Assembly (NCBI GenBank): GCA_043228905.1 | Contig: JBHGNT010000005.1 | Coordinates: forward strand, 9,610,001 to 9,674,000 | DNA length: 64,000 bases | Reading direction: 5' to 3' | Source of the DNA: Azolla caroliniana | Lineage: Eukaryota; Plantae; Polypodiophyta | Shown: positions 25,801-37,583 of the stretch, one piece after another | Position numbering within the stretch: the stretch's first letter is position 1 | Layout of the letters: the number at the start of each line of letters is the position of its first letter | The notes under the pieces: model-generated | What the model was told of the DNA's origin: nothing | The model's input: only the letters and a program-made list of their open reading frames with translations | Databases searched by the model: none | Program-made: the position numbers and the translations under genes

Positions 25801-28286
25801 TACAATGAGTACATGGCGCATCACTATGTGTACATGACCCGTGTAGCGGAAGTGCGTGAGCCGGGGAGCTACGCAGAAGCGGCGAAGGACGCGAATTGGC
25901 GCACCGCGATGGAGGAAGAGATGCACGCATTGGCGGAAAACGAGACCTGGGATCTGGTTGACGCACCAAAGGGTGTGAAGCCGATTGGATGTAGGTGGGT
26001 GTACAAGGTCAAGTACAACACCGACGGCTCGGTCAACCGATACAAGGCCCGGTTAGTGGCAAAAGGCTATGCGTAGAAACACGGCATCGACTACAATGAG
26101 ACGTTCGCACCGGTCGCAAAGATGACAACCGTCCGTGTTTTGCTCGCAGTAGCCGCGGCCAAGGGGTGGCACCCACATCGGATGGATGTAAAGAATGCAT
26201 TCCTGCAAGGTGAGCTTGATGACCAAGTGTACATGGTACAACCCCCAGGATTTCACTCCGGACCGAACACGTTGGCAGTATGCCGATTGAAGAAGCCCCT
26301 TTACGGATTGAAGCAAGCCCCGCGTGCCTGGAATGCAAAAATCACGCATCGGCTGCGTTGGATGGGCTTTACGACGTCAAAATCGGACTCCTCGTTGTTC
26401 ATTTGGAAAGGTCGACTCGGGCCGGTCAGTATTTTACTCTATGTTGATGACTTGGTCATCACCGGCGCCGACCTAGGTGAGATCAACCGCGTGAAGCTCC
26501 ATCTTGCGGCATCATTCGACATGAAGGATCTGGGGGACCTTCATTACTTCCTCGGGATCGAAGTGATCCGCACCCCCGAAGGCATACTAATCAGCCAACG
26601 TCATTACGCGTTGAATATGCTCTTCAAATTCGGGATGGCAGACTGTAAGTCCGTCTCGACTCCTCTGGACAGAATTGTCAAGCTTCGCCCCAATTCCGGC
26701 AAGGTTTGCGATCCGACAAGGTTCCGACAAGTTGTCGGAAGCCTTATCTACTTGACCATCACCCGACCCGATCTCAGTTATCCGATCGGGGTGATCAGTC
26801 AGTTCATGGCGTGACCTACCGAGGAGCACCTTCAGTGTGCGCAACGCGTACTGCGGTACGTAAGCGGCACTAAGGACCGCAGACTGCTATATCGGACCGA
26901 TACAGCTCCGCAGTTGGTCGGCTACACTGATGCCGACTAGGCTGGCGATGTCGCCGATCGCCGATCTACATCTGGACATGCGTTCTCTCTTGGGAGTGCC
27001 GCGATAGCGTGGAGTAGCAAGAAGCAGCCGACAGTTGCACTGTCGAGCACCGAAGCCGAGTATAGAGGAGCGGCTGTCGCAACATGCGAAGCCATATGGT
27101 TGAAGCGGCTACTTAAGGATTTGTAGGTGGAGGTGTCCGATCCAACGACGATCTACTGCAACAACCTCAGCAGCATCCAACTCGCGAAGAACCCCGTCTT
27201 CCACGCACGGACCAAGCACATTGAGGTGCACTACCATTTTGTCATGAGCGTGTCCTTTCTGGTGAAGTCGAACTTCAATATGTTCCGACGGATCGGCAGA
27301 TCGCCGACATCTTCACCAAGCCTCTTGGTCTGGACAAGTTGCGGCAATTTTCGGGTGCGCTTGGGTTGCGTCACTTCGACGTGCCAAACTTGAGGGGGAG
27401 AAACGTCCCAGATGACCACGAAAGGGAGCAGGAAAGGAGCGGAAAAGACCTCGGATCAGCTGAAAAAGCCGAGAGCGGATCAGCGGAAGAGTCCGAAAGC
27501 AGACACAAGGGGAGTAGCCGAAAGAAAGAGCCAAAGCCAACCAGGCATGGGGGAGATGGCCGGAGACGAGTTGGAGACAGCCAACTCGGACGAGAGCGAA
27601 AACCGATCGGAGGTAGTCGAGTCGGTTCGGATATTTGATTCAGATACACTGAATCAACTGAGGGCCAAGCGGAAAAGAAGGGCAGCAGGAGAAGCGCCAA
27701 CACCGCGACAGCAAGGGACCTGTGAAGGGCCATGGGAGCAGACAAGCCGGCCAGAAGGGTCGAAGCGCGCGGAGTCGAACAGGCCGAGGAGCGCGAGCGA
27801 GGCGTGGAGCTAGGAGAAGCTGGAGCGTAGGTCCGGCTGAGCAAGCGAAACCTCAAGTTGAGCTTGAGGGGGAGTGTTGAGAGACAAGCTCAACATTTGT
27901 GCGTAATACGATGCGTAACCAATGCGTAGACTGGGTGCATAAAACCGGTACGCAGACCGGTGCGTAGAAAGGCCGTATCGGTGCGTAGACCGAAAGACCG
28001 TTAGAAAGATATTCCTCGTAAGGAATAGTTTTGGGAGTAAGTGTCGAGGCTCATTTATGAGCAGTCAAGTACTGTCAGTACTTGTGTCAGCCCACTGTCA
28101 GGGCTTGTATAAAAGTGCTCACTGAGCACATCCTATGTACAGATTGAGTATTATTTTCGAATTTAAAGTTCTTGTGTTACTCTCTCCGTCTCTCCTGTGT
28201 GTACTGTGCAAACCTAAGCTTTCCATTAAACCTGCGGTTTCTGTTGTTCGGTTTTCCTATATTGCTTCCGCACGCCATTCTTTTCA
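22821..28286 (+). mobile_element. Ty1/copia element C nested in B; 5' LTR truncated (22821 to about 23022), 3' LTR 27875-28286
   Basis: gag (EKLDRTNYASW)-PR (WYVDSGASNHM)-INT-RT-RH broken by stops; the LTR remnant is near-identical to 28083-28286; PBS has lost its TGG start. Confidence 0.95.
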
Positions 28287-28979
28287 ATCATCAACTCTTC
28301 TTCAATTGCCGCGATTGTCATTGTTCCCTTCCGGTCCGCCCCCCTCCGGTCTTTACCGTTCCAGTCCGATGTCCGCTTCGAATCGGTACCATCGGTTTCC
28401 TTGTCTTTTCGGAAGTGCCGACAGTTCTTCTAGAAGTGTCCCGGCTTGCCGCAATAGAAGCAAGTAGGCCTCCCCCTTGACTTTGACCGTGTCCCCGACT
28501 TTTCCCGGTTCTGGGGACTACAACTCCTTTGTCTTTCGCGTTCCAATTCGGTAAGGAGCACTTTGGAGTCAGAGCTCGTATCCTTGTCTTTTCGACGCGC
28601 CTCCTCATCTAGCAAGCTCGACTTCACTCATGCTAGGGATAACCGTTACCCTTCCGGCCCGATGTTGCCCAAAGTGACAACCAACGTCTCCCAGCTACCT
28701 AGGAGGGAACCGAGCAGGAGTAGTGCGAGTACCTCATCAACGAGAGGTACTTCCAATGATGTTTCCTAGTGGATCAGCCCTTGGAAGGCATTCATGTGCT
28801 CTGCCATGCTGGAGCCATCTTGGTACCGAAGTCTTACTAGCTTCCGAAATACCGAAACCTGATTAACAACATTTTTGTTCTGAAACATAATGTTGATCTT
28901 CTCCTAGAGCTCATGAGTCTTGCTCTCTTCATTGAAGTTGTTGTATAGACTCATGTCGATGAAGCACCGAATGTATGTC
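28287..28979 (-). mobile_element. Element B gag middle segment (between insertions C and D)
   Basis: KSSLLDEEARR...CFYCGKPGHF zinc knuckle; homologous to the gag of element E. Confidence 0.9.
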
Positions 28980-31900
28980 TGTTGAGTGGCAAGCTCAACC
29001 GAAGCCGGATCGGCTGAATAAGCCGGAGCCGGTAAGCGAGACGGATCGGGCGAAACGGATCGGTATGACGGTGAGCAACCGAACCGGCAAGCAGTGGAGG
29101 CCGGGTGCAATCCGTAACCGGAAGTCCAATCGGAAGCCTAGTATAGGATAGACTACTAGGTAGCTATAGTCTCGTAGTAAGTGTCAGATGCTCGTGTGAG
29201 CATTGAAGTACATGGTACTTCTGTCAGTCCCAAGAGGACTTGTATAAATAGTGCTACTTAGCACAGTGTGTACAGAGTCTGAAAATAATTTTGAAATTAC
29301 GTTCTGCTCTCTCTGTCTCTGTCTCTGTCTCTGTCTCTCTGTGTGTTGTTCTCTGTTTTACGCTTCCGCAAACACTCACGTTTTCATGGTATCAGAGCGC
29401 GAGGGTTGAGAACCTCTGTTGCAGACATTTACTCTTGAGAAGAAAACCCTAACAGGTCGAAAACAGACACAGTAGAAGACATGGATAGAGGCATGGCTAC
29501 GTCACTCCCGGTGGAGAAGCTCGACAGGAGCAACTACGCATCTTGGTCTTACAAGATGCACCAGTACCTGCTTGGACACGGGTACTAGAGTTATGTCGAA
29601 GGAGCGAATGATGCGGCGCCTGACTCGGCACACAAGGACTTCCCGGTATGGGAACAGGCGGCAAGCAGGGTGATGTACTGCTTCGCGTCCAGTGTCGACG
29701 ATCAGCTGCTCAGCCACATCCGTGACACCAAGACACCGAAGGATGCTTGGGGGAACCTGAAAAAGGTTTTCGCCGCAAGCACCACTGCCCGGAAGCTGCA
29801 ACTCAGACAGGAGTTGAGCAATGTTCGACAGAAGAACATGTCCGTGGCAGACTACACGGGCCGGATAAAGGAGATCTGTGACTCACTCGCCTCTATCAAT
29901 GTTACCGTAGAGGAAGACGAGATGGTGCAGGTATGTCTCGGAGGCCTGGCGTCCAAGTTCGGAGCGTTCCGGATTGCGGTGTGTACAAGGGAGAATACCC
30001 CCTCATTCTTCGACTTATAGTCGATGCTCCTTGTAGAGGAGAACCACACCGGTGCATCTACCAGTGCATCCCCGGACAACCGAATGTTGTACACGGGAAC
30101 GGATCGGCTCCATGGGCGTGGTGGAAGAGGTGGGTCGGCATGCAGTGGAGGCAGCCGGCAAGAGCAAGAACGAAGGCACTATGAGCGTGCCGACAGCAGT
30201 TCCGGGACTTCCACAAGCAGGGGGAGTCAAGGTGGTGCCGGAGGCCGGCAAGACAAATCTGCTATGGAATGCTGGTACTGTGGCAAAAAAGGCCACAGGG
30301 AAAGCGAGTGCTGGAGAAAGCGTGCCGATTCGGACAAATCCGGATCCGGCAAGACCGGTAAGGATGGCCGGCAAAACTCGCACTACGCAAACGGATGAGG
30401 AGGATCCGGAACCGGAAAGGCCGGTAAGGGGCCAGCCTTGGTGATGAATCACAAGGCAAACTCAATTAAGAAGACCACTTCCAAAACGGAGGAAGTGTAG
30501 TATGTTGATTCCGGCGCGTCGAACCACATGACGAGCCACAAAGAGTGGTTCTCCTTTCTGGAGAAACCGGATCGACCAGGAGAACCGGATCGACCAGGAG
30601 TAGTCGAAACCGGAGACGACACTCCTCACCCAATCGTGCACGTCGGAGAAGTCCCTCTAAGCCACGTCGGACAGAAAGGGAAGCTGATGAACGTATTACA
30701 CGTTCCGACAATTACGAAGAACCTGGTGTCCGTTGGTCAAATTGTCGACCAGGGGATGCGGGTGCGGTTTACGCACCTCGGGTGCTTCATTGAGGATGAG
30801 GGCGAAGTCATTGCGCAAGGGCGCAGAGACGGGAGGATGTTTATCCTCAACACCAATGACTTTGGCACCGCTCTGTTCGCGAAACGAGAGAAGGTCGAGT
30901 CGGACATCGACCTGTGGCACAAGCGGATAGGCCACGTCAACTACCGGAGGCTTCAAGACCTGCAAAAGAAACAAGTCGTTTTCGGTTTGCCGAAGTTCAG
31001 CGGTCGGAGAGCCGAAATTTGTGAAGCCTGCCAACTTGGGAAGCAACACCGGCTTCCATTCCCCACCGAACAGAACCGGAGCCGTAACAAGCTCGATCTC
31101 ATCCATTCGGATGTGTGGGGACCGGCACAAAGTGTAAGCCTTGGCGGGAGCCAATACTTCGTCTCCTTCATCAACGACTATACTCGACATACTTGGATCC
31201 ACCTCATTGAGCGGAAGAGCGAAGTCTTCGACTGTTTCCGGAGCCTTCAAAAGATGGTGGAACGGGAATCAGAGAGGAAGATCAAATGCCTTCGGTCGGA
31301 TGGCGGAAAGGAATATTTTTCTGGCCAATTCACTAGTTATCTGCAGCAGAAGGGAATTCGGCGAGAGTTCAGCTGCAGATACACACCGGAGCAAAACGGT
31401 GTGGCCGAAAGGAAGAACCGGACACTCGTCGAAGCGGCAAGGGCAATGCTGGAGGAGAAGAGCATGCCTCGGTTCTACTGGGCGGAGGCGGTCCGGACGG
31501 CCGTCTACATACAAAACCGCATTGGTGACAAGGTGTCAGCTCATGAGCTGTATTTCGGGCGCAAGCCGAACCTAGGACACCTTCGGATATTCGGCAGCAT
31601 AGCGTATGTGCATGTGCCGGATCAAAAGCGGAGAAAGCTGGATGCAAAATCGGAAAAATGCATCCTAGTCAGCTATGCTGAAGAGCAAAAAGGGTATAAG
31701 TGCTATAACCCCCGGACGAAGGAAGTCTGAGTTAGCCAGGATGTCGAGTTCGATGAATCGGCATCCTGGTACTCCGTACCGACTCCGACTTCTGATCCCG
31801 ACCCAATGTCGGAAGATCAGGCCAGTGAGCCTGAATCAGCCCTGGCAGAGGATGATGAAGCCGGGACTCAAGATGAGAGTCCGGAATCGTTACGGTTGAG

Positions 31901-34452
31901 TGGACCGAACGAGCGACTGAGTCGGTTGGACCAGTCGGATGAAGAGACGGCAAGTGGTGGAGACTCTGTCGTGCTCTCCCCGCGCAAGGAACCGAGGAAA
32001 CGGTTCACGCGCAAAGAGAAGGGGAAGAGGAAGATGCCGGAATTCGAAACCGGCAACGATGAGTCGGATCGGTGCGTATCTGACTCCGGAAAGGAGAAAG
32101 GCGGATCTTCGGCAACGAAGACCGAACTGCCCAAGAAGGGCCTCAAATCAGGTGACGGCGCGTTGCGCCGATCAACCCGCCAGAAGGATCCCGTCATGCG
32201 GTACGGGTACAATGAATACATGGCGCATCATTATGCGTACATGACTAAGGTAATAGAAGTGCGTGAGCCGGAGAGCTACGCAGAAGCGGCAAAGGACGCA
32301 AATTGGCGTGCCGCTATAGACGAAGAAATGTGGGTACTCGATGCCAACGAAACCTGGGACCTAGTTGATCCTCCACGTCACTGTAAACCGATCGGATGCA
32401 AGTGGGTGTACAAGGTCAAGTACAACGCCGACGGTTCTGTTAACCGGTACAAAGCCCGGTTAGTGGCGAAGGGATACGCGCAGACCCACGGAATCGACTA
32501 CGACAAGACCTTCGCTCCTGTGGGACCTGGGGGACCTTCATTATTTTCTTGGGATCGAAGTGATCCGGACCCCCGACGGCATATTGCTCTCACAACGACA
32601 TTACGTGTTGAATATGCTGTATAAGTTCGGCATGACGGATTGCCGACCTGTCTCCAGACCCCTGGACCGGAACCAGAAGCTCCGTCCCAACTCCGAACCG
32701 GCCTGCAATGAGAAATGGTTCCGACAGGTTTTCGAAAGCCTGATCTACTTAACCATCACCCGACCCGACATCAGCTATCCGGTCGGCATGGTAAGTCAGT
32801 TCATGCAGAAGCCGACCGTGGAGCACCTTCAGTGCGCGCAACGAATATTACGGTATGTCAGCGGCACTAAGGACCGGGGTCTACTATACCGGCGAGGTAT
32901 ACCCGAAGAGCTTGTCGGTTACACAGATGCTGACTGGGCCGACGATGCGTCTGATCGCCGCTCCACTTCCGGATACATGTTCTCCATAGGTAGCGTGGCC
33001 GTTGCGTGGAGCAGCAAGAAGCAGCCCACAATGGCTTTGTCAAGCACTGAGGCTGAGTACCAAGCCGCTACCGTTGCCACTTGTGAAGCCATCTGGCTTC
33101 GGCGACTGCTGCGAGACTTGCGGATCGAGGTACCGACCCCGATCCCGATTTACTGCGATAACATGAGCAGCCTGCAGCTCGCCAGGAACCCTGTGTTCCA
33201 TGCTCGCACAAAGCACATCGAGGTGCACTACCACTTCGTGCGTGAGCGGGTCCTAAGCGGTGAAGTTGACCTACGGTATGTTCATACGGATCGGCAAGTT
33301 GCCAACATCTTCACCAAGCCGCTCGGATCGGACAAGTTGCAACACTTTACCGACATGCTTGGTGTTCACCATCTCGACGTGCCGCACATGAGGGGGAGAA
33401 GCAAGGGCAAAGTCTCTACCGAAACGGGCAAAGGCCAAAAAATTGTTGAACCCGTCGGTAAGAGGAGAGCCGGAAGAAGAGGAGACAAGAAGATGAAGGA
33501 AGCCGAGTCGACGAAGGAAGTTGACACATCCGAATAGGTCGGAGCAAGCGGCTGTGAAGAAGAGTTGTGCACTTAGGAAGAGAAGTGCATGCTGTGCGGA
33601 GGTCATCACGACGGTACTGACCATGATGCGTAGTCGAATGAAGAATTCAATTTCGGTTCACCGGCTGAAGAAGCCGAGGGAAACATGGAGAAGGCCAAGA
33701 CTCGGATGTGGTCCGATGTGGTGAGAGGCCTGAAGCCGGAAGTCGAATCGGAGTGTACCGATTCGGACAAGAGCTGGAACGAGTCGGAGACAGCTGACTC
33801 GGACCAACAGATGGATCCGGATGAGTCAGATCGACTGAAGGCCAAGGGGACATGGACACAGCGAAAGTCGATGCCATCGTGGGAGAACCAACGGATCGGC
33901 AAGCGCCGGAGTCACAGCAACGTGAGTGATGAGATGGGCCTATTGAGCAGACATGCCGACCGAGAGGGTCGAGGCGCGCAGAACCAAAGGGGTCGCGGCA
34001 AACGGGACCGGACCGGACGAGGAGCGCGAACAAGGCGGAGTGACGCCAGGAGAAGTCGGTTGGAAGAACCGACTGCCACAGAGATCGACACTACGACCCC
34101 ACCTCAGGTTGAGCTTGAGGGGGAGTGTTGAGCGGCAAGCTCAACCGGAGCCGGATCGGCTGAATAAGCCGGAGCCGGTAAGCGAGACGGATCGGGCGAA
34201 ACGGATCGGTATGACGGTTAGCAACCAAACTGGCAAGCAGTGGAGGCCGGGTGCAATCCGTAACCGGAAGTCCAATCGGAAGCCTAGTATAGGATAGACT
34301 ACTAGGTAGCTATAGTCTCGTAGTAAGTGTCAGATGCTCGTGTGAGCATTGAAGTACATGGTACTTCTGTCAGTCCCAAGAGGACTTGTATAAATAGTGC
34401 TACTTAGCACAGTGTGTACAGAGTCTGAAAATAATTTTGAAATTACGTTCTG

Positions 34453-34490
<38 letters not shown>

Positions 34491-34534
34491 GTGTTGTTCT
34501 CTGTTTTACACTTCCGCAAACACTCACGTTTACA
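28980..34534 (+). mobile_element. Ty1/copia element D nested in B gag; LTRs 28980-29386 and 34126-34534; RT core deleted at about 32520
   Basis: PBS TGGTATCAGAGC at 29387; gag-pol homologous to C; PPT GAGGGGGAG at 34117-34125; left flank ATGTC. Confidence 0.95.
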
Positions 34535-34697
34535 ATCCCCGATAATCAAACTTTGTGTGTGTGTGTGTGTGTCTGCGAGAGAGAGAGAGAGCAACCAAGA
34601 TGGCGATATGCCATGACCTCTTAGAGCAAAATCAGACTCTTATTTGTGATATAATGTTTATGACTTGATCGTGTCGAAGTTGAACTCATGCACATAC

Positions 34698-36215
34698 TGT
34701 CGAATACGAGTGTATAATGGCCGTATTCACACTGTCCCTTTGGACAACCCAAGTTCGGGCTATTTCTGTAAATACCATAAAGGGCAGTTGCCCTAGGATA
34801 GTCACTATATAAAGTGACTTTGTAACCTTTAGTAAGTGGTTGATTGTCATTTGTAACTGTTGCTATTAAGAAATGAAACATTTCTTTGTGCATATCTCTC
34901 TCTCTCTCTCTCTCTCTTGTTTATTCTCATACACAGGTCCTTCAACATCACAGATGTTGTTTGTTCTTCCACGTTGACGACCTTGTCCTCAACATTTGGT
35001 ATCAGAGCATTGGAGGTTCTTCAACCCGGTGCCGACTGTCATAATACACCACACAACATTCTGTTTTTGTTTTTCTTGAAGAATAGAGAAGAGAGAAGAC
35101 AAACAAGAAGTTTGCATCTCACTGTGTTAAATCACTAATTGGAGTAAGCTAGCCATCTGTACTCTATTCCTGTGATTGTAACCACTTGAGATTGGTCTCC
35201 AAGCAACAACCAAATTCGTGCTTCATTCGGCTTATCGACATTCGGGGGGATCAGTTGGATCTGTCCCTCTCATTGCTATAGTCATCCGCAGCAGAATCGG
35301 CCTAAACAATCAGTTTCTTGTGATTGGGTTTCGGCATACAATCGGAAGCTAATCGGAGTCACTCCAAGAAGGCTCAGCAAACAAGTATCCGAAACCAAAC
35401 CGACTAGAACGATATCGGGTGAGCCCACCGGCTGCACCCCACTAAGGTTCCTAGTCAACTTCAAACAGAGTCTTACCAACCGAAACCGAATCAGATGGCA
35501 TCAACATCCGGCTCATCGGAGATGAGTCTAAGGAGGTTCGACAGTTCGAACTTCAACTTCCGGAAGGAACAAATGCAGGACTATCTCATAGTCAAGGGTC
35601 AGATAGACCCGATTGAGAATGAAAATCCTCCAGAAGCATACAAGGCAAACGAGTGGCTAAAGCTGGACAGAATCGTCCGCGCCACGATTCGGATGCACTT
35701 GTTAGAGTCAGTGTACTTCACAATGCAATCATGCTCGACAGCTTTTGAACTTTGGAAAACATTGTCGGAAACTTATGAAAAGAAGGTCACTGCAACGAAG
35801 ATGTATCTGATCCGGAGCCTCTACATTTGCAATCATGCTCGACAGCTTTTTAACTTTGGAAAACATTGTCAGAAACTTATGAAAAGAAGGTCGTTGCAAC
35901 GAAGATGTATCTGATTCGGCGCCTCTACAACTTGTGGATGAAAGAATCCGATTCGGTTCATGCACACCTCACAAGTACAAAAGCCTAAGCTCCCAAATAT
36001 CATCTCAAGGGACGACAATAGAGGATGAACTCAGAGCAATGGTACTCATGAGTAGTCTCCCCTCTTCTTGGGAAATTTTCATCACAACCGTGTGCAATGC
36101 TTCAACAACTACCATTAAGTACTCCGAAATCACGAGCACAATCCTGACTGAAGCAGCTCAGAGAAAGTCTCTTGCCAAAGACTCGGCAAATGAAGCTTAC
36201 GTAGTATAAGGTTCG
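34698..36215 (+). mobile_element. Element A 5' part (5' LTR 34698-34994, PBS 34997-35008, gag from 35495), inverted relative to its 3' part
   Basis: LTR matches 15378-15686 in reverse; gag ends ...ANEAYVV*GS and continues at 19295 on the minus strand; TSD match. Confidence 0.95.
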
Positions 36216-36968
36216 TGTTAGGATCTCGGTCCCTACGGATGGGATACGAATGCTCGGCATCGGAAGACCCGGTGAGAACCGGATGTTGCAGGCCCGGTGA
36301 GAACCTCTCATCGGATAGAAGGGACATATATGTAAATATGTTCCAGAGAGCCCACTGGGGCTATATTTGTAAATAGCCTGAAAGTCGTATTAGTATAAAT
36401 ATGACCTAGGGCAAACTCAAAAGAAAATGATAGAGTTATTGGTGTAATTTCTGTATAGTGCGTGAGAGAGAGAGAGAGCGATACAGATATTGTGTCTCTG
36501 TTGTAACCGCCACTAGGCGAAGCTTGTGAGCAAGAGGTCGTTGTCTCTGTGCTCCCTATTGTACTCCTTGACATAGTGATAGTTTCGAGTCTATGGACTC
36601 CCGTGGTTTTTCCCTCTTAGGGTTTTCCACATCAACATCCTGTGTACTCTCTTTCTGTTTGTGTACTTACCTCTATTCCCATTTCTTCTGTGTTTGATTG
36701 TCATCAAGTGATCTACGCTTCGGTTGTGGCCAGAGATTATTCCGCATATTTCTTGTCAAACTGGTATCAGAGCGAACGACACATCAAATGGATGATTCGT
36801 TGGGAGGCATGTTCAAGCTCACCGGCTCCAACTACTCAGTGTGGAAGTCGAAGATGAGGGACATGCTTGTGGTTAAAGATCTTTGGTTGCCGGTTTAGTT
36901 CGAAGACAAGAGACCGGACAAAATCGATGCCACGATATGGGAGGTGATGCACATGAAGACAACGACAT
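36216..36968 (+). mobile_element. Element B 5' part (5' LTR 36216-36758, PBS 36762-36773, gag start MDDSLGGMFKLTGSNYSVWK), inverted relative to the rest of B
   Basis: LTR matches 19301-19963 in reverse; gag ends at GACAT, the reverse complement of the D target ATGTC at 28975-28979. Confidence 0.95.
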
Positions 36969-37387
36969 TGAAAACGTGAGTGTTTGCGGAAGCGTAAAAC
37001 AGAGAACAACACACAGAGAGAGAGAGACAGACAGAGACACAGAGAGAGACAGAGAGAGCAGAACGTAATTTCAAAATTATTTTCAGACTCTGTACACACA
37101 CTGTGCTAAGTAGCACTATTTATACAAGTCCTCTTGGGACTGACAGAAGTACCATGTACTTCAATGCTCACACGAGCATCTGACACTTACTACGAGACTA
37201 TAGCTACCTAGTAGTCTATCCTATACTAGGCTTCCGATTGGACTTCCGGTTACGGATTGCACCCGGCCTCCACTGCTTGCCGGTTCGGTTGCTAACCGTC
37301 ATACCGATCCGTTTCGCCCGATCCGTCTCTCTTACCGGCTCCGGCTTATTCAGCCGATCTGGCTCCGGTTGAGCTTGCCGCTCAACA
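36969..37387 (-). mobile_element. Third family-D LTR (solo/recombinant), inverted
   Basis: Near-identical reverse complement of 28980-29386 and 34126-34534; flanks GACAT and GGGAT belong to two different TSD pairs. Confidence 0.95.
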
Positions 37388-37566
37388 GGGATGTAACTCA
37401 ATCCCCCCACAAAAAGTGCCTTTTAGGAGAGGTTTGAATTTACTCGTGCATTTTCTTCGAGTACCCTTGTTGTATATCAAATTTTGACAAAGTCCTCTTT
37501 CAGAAGTAGATGTCAAACAACCTACTGCTTTTAGCTGGTGTTCCCAATGTCATAGATTGCATTTTG
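37388..37566. mobile_element. Left arm of a foldback/MITE-like element with about 190-bp inverted arms
   Basis: Reverse-complement match to 43759-43947 (GGGATGTAACTCAATC, TTGTTGTATATCAAA, ATGTCAAACAAC, GATTGCATTT); no clear TSD. Confidence 0.75.
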
Positions 37567-37583
37567 ATTCTCGATGTGAAAAT

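Noticed and set aside
33685-34131. env-like gene in element D
   Set aside because: No signal peptide or transmembrane segment; in frame with pol, so treated as a Pol extension.
34698-36968. Independent truncated plus-strand A and B elements
   Set aside because: TSDs and reading-frame continuity show these are the inverted 5' ends of the elements at 15378-28979.
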